A DNA stretch of 64,000 nucleotides. It comes from an uncultured Gemmatimonadales bacterium (GTDB taxonomy: Bacteria > Gemmatimonadota > Gemmatimonadetes > Gemmatimonadales > Gemmatimonadaceae). Shown one piece after another: positions 58,454-64,000 of this stretch. Positions within the stretch are counted from its first letter, which is position 1. The number at the start of each line of letters is the position of its first letter. A program made the position numbers and the translations under genes. The notes below the pieces were generated by a model that made no database searches, was not told where the DNA came from, and saw only the letters and a list, made by a program, of their open reading frames with translations. Location of the stretch: NCBI GenBank assembly GCA_963725205.1, contig CAVRXR010000002.1:700615-764614 (forward strand), given 5' to 3'.

Positions 58454-61400
58454 GCCGCCACCCCGGGCGACACAGGCCTCGTCCCGGCCACGTCGGCGGA
58501 GTCGCCACGGACGGCGTAGTACTTCGCGTCGGGGTGGTGCACGATGATCGCCGCCGTCGACTGCTCGGGTATGAGCTGACACGGCCGCGGTGAGCGTCAT
58601 GCCGAGTGCATCGGCGACCGGCAGCAGTCGAAAGACGGTGGCGTGGTCGTCGAGGTCGGGGCAAGCGCCATAGCCCCACGAGTAGCGTTTCCCCTGAGAT
58701 GCGCCGGAGTCCCCACTCACGCCGGATGCGACGGTGCATCCATCGGCGACCGCCTCGGCTGTCTCGACGGCCAGACCGTGGACGTAGATACGCTTCCGTG
58801 TATTCGCCTGCGCGCTGCAGCGTCTCGAATCGCTCCGATGCGGCGTCGCCGACTGTGACGACCTGCAGAGCGACGACATCCACGTCGCCGGAGTCCACGG
58901 ACCGGAAATAGTCGGCCAGGCACAGACGCTCGCGCCCGACCTGCCGCGGGAAAGTTGAAGCGCGCCAGTCTCGCGCAGTGCGCCGCCGTCGCTCGCGTAG
59001 GCTGCGGGATCGTAGACGACGAGATCGTTGCCCGTGCGACTGCACCGGGAACGACGCCGTACACCGCCTGCGGCACGAGCCAACCGTCGCGCGCCGCTGC
59101 CGCGGTGAGTCGCTCGCAGCGTCGGGCTCGAACTCCTCCGCACGGTGCGATCGAACGCGGGACCCGAGCCGCGGCCGCCCCACTGCAGCCGGTACAGCTC
59201 GTCGAGGTCCAGGAGCGAGAACACTTCGTCGAGCGGGATGTCGCGCAGCACGCGCGCGCCGAAGAACGGGGCCGCGGGGATGGGGACGTCGGTGCGTACG
59301 TCGCTGCGCTCGCGCGCCGGCCGTGCCGGCGGCGATGTCCTTGCCGACGGTCGTGTGCAGGAACACGTCGTGCCGCGCGTCATCGATGCGATCGGCGACC
59401 GCGCGGTCCGGCGGTCCGGGTCCATCAGCTGGTCCATCGTCGCCAGCCCCTCGAACGCGTCCTTGCAGTAGAACACGCCCGGCGCGTACGGCCCGCTCGC
59501 CTTCGACGAAGAGCGCCCGCCGGCCGAATCGGCGATTGATCGCGGCGCCGCCGATGAGCACCGGATATGTCAGTCCGCGTTTGTCGAGCTCCTGCACGCA
59601 GAGCGGCATCTGCTTGGACGTCGAGACCAGCAGCGCCGACAGCCCGATCGCGTCGGCGCCGACTTCCGTCGGCCTTCTCGATGATGGTGTTGACCGGGAC
59701 CTGCTTGCCGAGGTCGTACACCGTGTAGCCGTTGTTGCGAGAGGATCGTGTTGACGAGCGACTTGCCGATGTCGTGCACGTCGCCGTACACGGTGGCCAG
59801 CACGACCTTGCCCTTGGTGTAGCCCTCCGATCGCTCGAGGAACTGCTCGAGGTGGCTGCACGGCGCGCTTCATCACTTCGGCGCTCTGCAGCACGAAGGG
59901 GAGGATCAGCTCGCCGGCGCCGAACTTGTCGCCGACCTCCTTCATCGCGGGCAGCAGCACGTCGTTGAGCACGCGGACGGGCTGCTCGCGGACGCCCGGC
60001 GGCGTCGAGCTGCTCCTCGATGCCCTCTTTCTTGCGGTGGACGACCATCCAATGGATGCGCTGGTCCGCGGTCATCCCCGCGGTCGGATCAACCGCGGCG
60101 CCTCGCGGTGCGCCGCGCGATCCAGCGTCGCCGCCGGCGAAGTGCTCGATGAACCGCTGCAGCGCATCCGGGCGCCGGTTGAACACCAGGTCGTCGGCGA
60201 GCGCGCGCTCGGTCGCATCGACTTCGGCGTACGGACGGATGTGCGCGGGGTTGACGATGGCCGCGTCGAGGCCGGCCGACGACGCAGTGATGCAGGAACA
60301 CCGAGTTGAGTACCGCGCGCGCGTCCGGTCGACAGCCCGAAGCTGACGTTGGAGACGCCCAGGATGGTGAAGCACGCCGGGCAGCTCGCGCTTGATGAGG
60401 CGGATGCCTTCGATCGTCTCGGTGGCCGAGTCGATCCACTCCGCCTCGCCCGTCGCGAGCGTGAAGGTCAGGGCGTCGAAGATGAGATTCGGCGGGTGCG
60501 AGGCCGAACTCGCGTGGTCGCGATGTCATGAATGCGGCGGGCGATCTCGAGCTTTCGCTCGCGCGTGCGTGGCCATCCCCTGCTCATCGATCGTGAGCGC
60601 GACGACGGCTGCGCCGTGCTGGCGGACGAGCGGCAAGCACGTCGTCGATGCGCTTGCGGCCGTTCTCCATGTTGATCGAGTTGACGATGCCGCGACCCGG
60701 CAGAGTGCGCGAGGGCGGCAGCGATGACCGCGCGGCTCGGTCGAGTCGATCATGAGCGGCGCTGTCGACGCTCATCGACAGCAGCTTGACGACGCGCGCC
60801 ATCTGCTCGGCCTCGTCGCGCGCGCTCCGTCAGCGCGACACACACGTCGAGCACGTGCGCGCCCGATTCGGCCTGGTCGCGCGCGACGCGCACGATGCCG
60901 TCGTAGTCGTCCGCGAGCAGGAGTCCGCTTGACCGCGCGCGAGCCCTGCGCGTTGACGCGCTCGCCCACGAGGAGCGGCGGCGGGTCCTGGTGGAGCGTG
61001 ATGGCGCGCATCGCGCTCGAGACACGCGGCGACACGTGGTGGGGCGCCGTCGGTCGCCGCCGCACGCCCGATGCGCCTGCCGCGAGCGGCCGGATCGCCT
61101 CGCACGACCGCCGGAGGTGCTCGGGCGTGGTGCCGCAACAACCGCCGACGATGCGCACGCCGAAATCGCGGACGAACTCGCCGACAGCGCGGCTCGCCAG
61201 CGGCGCGGGCTCGAGCGGATAGACCGCGTCGCCGGTCCCGGTGTTGAGCGGCAGTCCGGCGTTCGGGATCACGGAGATGGGCCGCGTCGCGTGCTCGGTG
61301 AGATACCGGACGGGCTCCCGCATGTGCTCGGGCCCCGTCGAGCAGTTGAGGCCGACGACGTCGACGCGCAGTGCCTCGAGCGTCGTCAGCGCGCTCGCGA

Positions 61401-62111
61401 CATCGGTGCCGAGGAGCATGCGGCCGCTCGTGTCGAGCGTGACCTGCGTCTGGATCGGGACACACGGCGTCCGATCTCGGCGAACAACCGCTCGAATCCC
61501 GCGACCGCGGCTTTGACCTCGAGGATGTCCTGCGCCGTCTCGACGAGGAGGACATCGACGCCGCCTTCGACGAGCGCTTTGGCCTGGGCGTAGTAGTTCT
61601 CGGCCAGCGCGCTCGAAGGTGATGGCGCCCAGCACCGGGTCATCGCTCGACGGGAGCATCCCGGTCGGGCCGATCGAGCCGGCGACGAATCGCGGGCTGC
61701 TCGGGCGTGGCGTACACGTCGCAGGCCGCTCGTGCGAGTCGGGCCGCCGCGACGTTGAGCTCGTGGATCTGGTCGCCGATGCCCCATTCGGCGAGCCGGC
61801 GCGGCGTCGCCTGGAAGGTGCACGTCTCGACGACGTCGCAGCCGACAGCGAGAAACGACTCGTGAATGCCGCGGATGACGTCGGGCCGCGTCGAGCACGA
61901 GGTGGTCGTTGCACCCCTCGAGCGACTTGCCGCCGAAGTCCGCGGCGGTCAGGTGGTGGCGCTGGATGTTGGTCCCCATGGCCCCGTCGTAGATGAGCAC
62001 ACGGCTGCGCGAGGACCTCGAGATAGGCGGCGCGCGCGCGCCGGTCACCCGGGGGTCGCGGGTGTCGGCGCCGGCGGATGCAGGGGACGGACTGACAGTC
62101 GAGCGGCTCAT
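58450..62111 (-). pseudogene. metH: Cobalamin-dependent methionine synthase MetH, full length but with many single-nt frame changes
   Basis: The pieces LIYDGAMGTN, IVGGCCGTTPEHL, LLVGERVNAQGS, IVNSINMENG, VLATVYGDVHDIGK (DxHxxG), LNDVLLPAMKEVGDKFG, GKRYSWGYGACPDL and IIVHHPDAKYYAV occur in the correct order but in alternating frames. The stop overlaps the yitJ-like start (ATGA). Confidence 0.9.
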
Positions 62112-62136
62112 GAGATTCGGTCGAACTCCTCGAGAA

Positions 62137-62168
62137 CAAAAACGCCCGGAGCGGTCACGCCGCCGGGC
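62137..62168 (-). terminator. Intrinsic terminator-like hairpin in the metH leader
   Basis: Minus-strand RNA GCCCGGCGG-CGUGA-CCG(CU)CCGGGC followed by GUUUUUGUU, about 25 nt upstream of the metH ATG. Confidence 0.5.
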
Positions 62169-62170
62169 TT

Positions 62171-62235
62171 GGCGGTTTAGCGGAATGTTTTACGTGGCCG
62201 CAAGTTGCCGTAAATCGCCACGGAGTCAGTTGTCT
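62171..62235 (-). promoter_or_regulatory. Candidate riboswitch aptamer (stem plus possible pseudoknot), class unassigned
   Basis: 6-bp stem CGUGGC/GCCACG (62222-62193) closes an 18-nt loop GAUUUACGGCAACUUGCG. The 3' tail CCGCUAAA is complementary to loop UUUACGG. Downstream CCGCC can pair with GGCGG in the terminator 5' arm. Confidence 0.35.
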
Positions 62236-62270
62236 GAGGAAACGTAAGGGGGGTGGGGGGCCAACAAAAG

Positions 62271-62330
62271 GGCGGGATTCGGGGGCCCGCGGCGATTCCC
62301 GAACCCCGACCTCCGATTCCCGCCGTTTTG
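62271..62330. terminator. Long GC-rich hairpin flanked by an A-run and a U-run (bidirectional terminator-like)
   Basis: GGCGGGATTCGG (62271-62282) pairs with CCGATTCCCGCC (62313-62324) in 11 of 12 positions. CAAAAG lies upstream and GTTTTG downstream. Confidence 0.4.
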
Positions 62331-62637
62331 TCCTTCCCTCGGGCTCCTCGCCGCCCCTGTCAACCTTCTGCCCTGGCGGACCCGACAGCGCGGTTGTACG
62401 GTGGCATCCGCGGCGTGGATGGCGGGGGACCGAGCTACTTGGCTGGTGCCCGGAACGCTGGTCCAAGAGACTCGGCCCCCGGCCGCGCCGTGATGGGGGA
62501 CGCACGAGTCGCTCCCTACTACGATAACGGCAAACCCGGCGAAAGCCGGCGACGCAAAGCTACGAGGCTACCGTCGGCGCACGACCATTGCGCCGACCAC
62601 GCCAGTCGAGCCGCCGAACAGTACGCGGAGGATCATC

Positions 62638-62754
62638 ATGCGAACGCTCTGGAGTCGCCTCGCGTGGGCGTTGTGCGCCGTTGCCATCGTCTGCGCCGCC
62701 GGTTGTGCGCAGCAAGGCGTGACGGATCCGGTGGTGTTGCAGCAGACGGGATGA
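62638..62754 (+). CDS. Possible 38-aa lipoprotein
   Basis: GGAGGA lies 6 nt upstream of the ATG. MRTLWSRLAWALCAVAIVCAAGCAQQG has lipobox CAAGC. It is below the ORF-track length cutoff. Confidence 0.35.
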   Translation: MRTLWSRLAWALCAVAIVCAAGCAQQGVTDPVVLQQTG

Positions 62755-62826
62755 AGGCGGGATCCGGGGTCGCGCGTCGTTGGCGTTCCTCTGACTCCCG
62801 ACCCCCGAATCTCGCCGTGGTTGCCC

Positions 62827-63240
62827 TTACCTCGTCCGCTCCTCTGGCGGTTCGACATCTCCCTGGCCGCGGGATCGTGCGCGCGCGGTGACTGACTGCA
62901 CGAGGGCGACGAGACGCTGGCGCTCGAGCGGCAGCGTGAGGTCGGCGAGTGTCAGACGCTGCAGCGATGGCGGGAGCGGAAGCGGGGCATCGTCAGTGCC
63001 GTGGTAGAGCACGACCGATCCACCTGGCGCGAGCCCGATGCTCTGGAGCCCGATGTCGCGCGGCGACAGCAACGCGGTGGCTCGATCGAGGACGACGACG
63101 AGTGGCGGATCGCCCGCCGTCAGCGTACTGGCATCGTGCAAACTATTGGCGAGTGTCACGCGGTACCCGGCAGCGGCCAGCGTTTGAGCAAGGCCCTCGA
63201 GCAACGCGTGATCCGATCCGATCAGCAGAGTCCCGGACAT
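62827..63240 (-). CDS. Stand-alone receiver-like (CheY-fold) domain protein, atypical acidic pocket
   Basis: 137 aa. LLIGSDHALLEGLAQTLAAAGYRVTLANS...PPLVVVLD. The N-terminal DD pair is replaced by SD. Confidence 0.55.
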   Translation of the reverse strand: MSGTLLIGSDHALLEGLAQTLAAAGYRVTLANSLHDASTLTAGDPPLVVVLDRATALLSPRDIGLQSIGLAPGGSVVLYHGTDDAPLPLPPSLQRLTLADLTLPLERQRLVALVQSVTARARSRGQGDVEPPEERTR

Positions 63241-63255
63241 GAAGCCCTCGCACTG

Positions 63256-63371
63256 CTAGGGACTAGTAGCTAGGGACTAGTGGCTAGTCACAACCCCGGG
63301 ACCAGCGACGGCGATGTGTGACCGGCCTTGCGATTCGTTCCCAGTCACCAGCCGCTAGTCCCTCGTCCCTC
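63256..63371. repeat. CTAG-rich long inverted repeat / structured intergenic element
   Basis: GGGACTAGTGGCTAGTCAC (63273-63291) is complementary to GTCACCAGCCGCTAGTCCC (63344-63362) in 16 of 19 positions. An extra CTAGGGACTAGT copy and six CTAG tetramers are present. Confidence 0.7.
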
Positions 63372-63385
63372 GCCGTGATTATCTC

Positions 63386-63991
63386 CTAACCGACACGCGC
63401 GAGCAAGCTCAGCACGAACGGCTCGAGGATGTACGACAGGAGAATCCACGCGATGAGCGGGGACAAATCGAACATCGCGACCGGCGGGATGATGCGCCGG
63501 AGCGGCCGCAGCATCCACTCGGTGAGGCCGAAGGACCAGCGCACCCATTTCGAGTAGCGCGACAGGTTGACCCACGACGCGATGACACGAACGATCAGTG
63601 CGATCTCCAGGAGCAGAAACGTCCAGCCGATGAGCACACGGGCAATCCCCATCGCTCCGATCGCGGTTGCACCGGCGAGCTCGCCCGCCATGCCGCGCAC
63701 GTAGGTCAGGACCTCGATCAACACGATGCCGCCGATGACCACGATGCCGAGTGCCCACCAGGGTGCGCTCGATGGCAGGCCGCCATGGCGGACGACGCGC
63801 CGCTCGATCGGGAGAAGCATCGGGTCCACCACGCTCCGAAAGAACCGTGGGATCGCGCCAAAGGGATTGAGACGACGGGTCCGGACGAGCCAGTCGATGG
63901 CCAGTACGAGCGCAACGGCGCCAGCGAGCGCTGCGAGCGCAGGCCGCAGGAACGCCAACACCACATCGAACACTGCCACCACACTGTTCAT
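63386..63991 (-). CDS. YggT-family membrane protein (two YggT repeats)
   Basis: 201 aa. INPFGAIPRFFRSVVDPMLLPIER and, in the second half, LTEWMLRPLRRIIPPV. Confidence 0.85.
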   Translation of the reverse strand: MNSVVAVFDVVLAFLRPALAALAGAVALVLAIDWLVRTRRLNPFGAIPRFFRSVVDPMLLPIERRVVRHGGLPSSAPWWALGIVVIGGIVLIEVLTYVRGMAGELAGATAIGAMGIARVLIGWTFLLLEIALIVRVIASWVNLSRYSKWVRWSFGLTEWMLRPLRRIIPPVAMFDLSPLIAWILLSYILEPFVLSLLARVG

Positions 63992-64000
63992 CGGGCCGTC

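Noticed and set aside
58260-60375. Long minus-strand ORFs 58260..59972 (570 aa), 58265..59476 (403 aa) and 59425..60375 (316 aa) as independent genes
   Set aside because: Each contains only short islands of MetH sequence separated by out-of-frame Arg-rich stretches. They are mosaics produced by the frame changes in metH, not separate genes.
62340-62640. Possible tmRNA, RNase P RNA, SRP RNA or cobalamin riboswitch
   Set aside because: I checked each by eye. There is no GAGGAAAGUCC-type RNase P core. There is no tRNA-like 3' end with a 7-nt T-loop and no tag reading frame ending in a stop. There is no GGAA-capped SRP domain IV. Only partial resemblance to the cobalamin core is present (UCCCCC..CAC, without the GGUG..AA..CC or B12 box). 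The region is left as unassigned rather than called.
1-64000. Mobile elements, prophage, CRISPR arrays, rRNA/tRNA genes, known multi-gene defence systems
   Set aside because: I found no transposase, integrase or recombinase motifs, no regularly spaced short repeats, and no cas-like or recognisable defence-system genes while reading the ORF set. The only accessory-looking module is the HTH/NTase pair.

Overview
High-GC bacterial chromosomal window. The gene content (PadR plus ADOP-type duplicated FtsX permeases, DinB, GYD, YciI, a sortilin/BNR protein, many lipoproteins) suggests Gemmatimonadota or Acidobacteriota, but that is inference only. I found no rRNA, tRNA, CRISPR array, transposase, integrase or phage genes. 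About 60 coding regions can be supported, mostly housekeeping and envelope genes. One long co-directional minus-strand block spans 48.9-62.1 kb: metH, a yitJ-like Hcy-methyltransferase/MTHFR, cbiX, a DUF6438-like gene, an acyl-CoA dehydrogenase, and a DUF4129-DUF4350-MoxR-DUF58 operon.

Main observations:
1. metH and the yitJ-like gene (56.4-62.1 kb) are full length and still translationally coupled, but they are riddled with single-nucleotide frame changes. I traced at least 10 in the first 1.5 kb of metH. The flanking genes are intact.
2. At least 11 other genes across the window need one or more frame corrections to restore a homolog-like protein. The sequence is therefore either error-prone or the genome is decaying.
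3. The metH leader carries a stem, a possible pseudoknot and a terminator, which together look like a riboswitch.
4. A GC-rich intergenic stretch of about 370 nt (62.27-62.64 kb) is strongly structured, has a bidirectional terminator-like hairpin, and matches no RNA class I can name.
5. A CTAG-rich long inverted repeat lies between yggT and a receiver-like gene.
6. A 640-aa secreted protein is built from two nested internal duplications.
7. A duplicated promoter/operator architecture sits in front of two SDR genes next to one TetR gene.
8. There is an XRE-HTH/nucleotidyltransferase toxin-antitoxin-like pair.

I see no convincing novel multi-gene system. All family assignments rest on motifs I recognise by eye. 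No searches or statistics were run.
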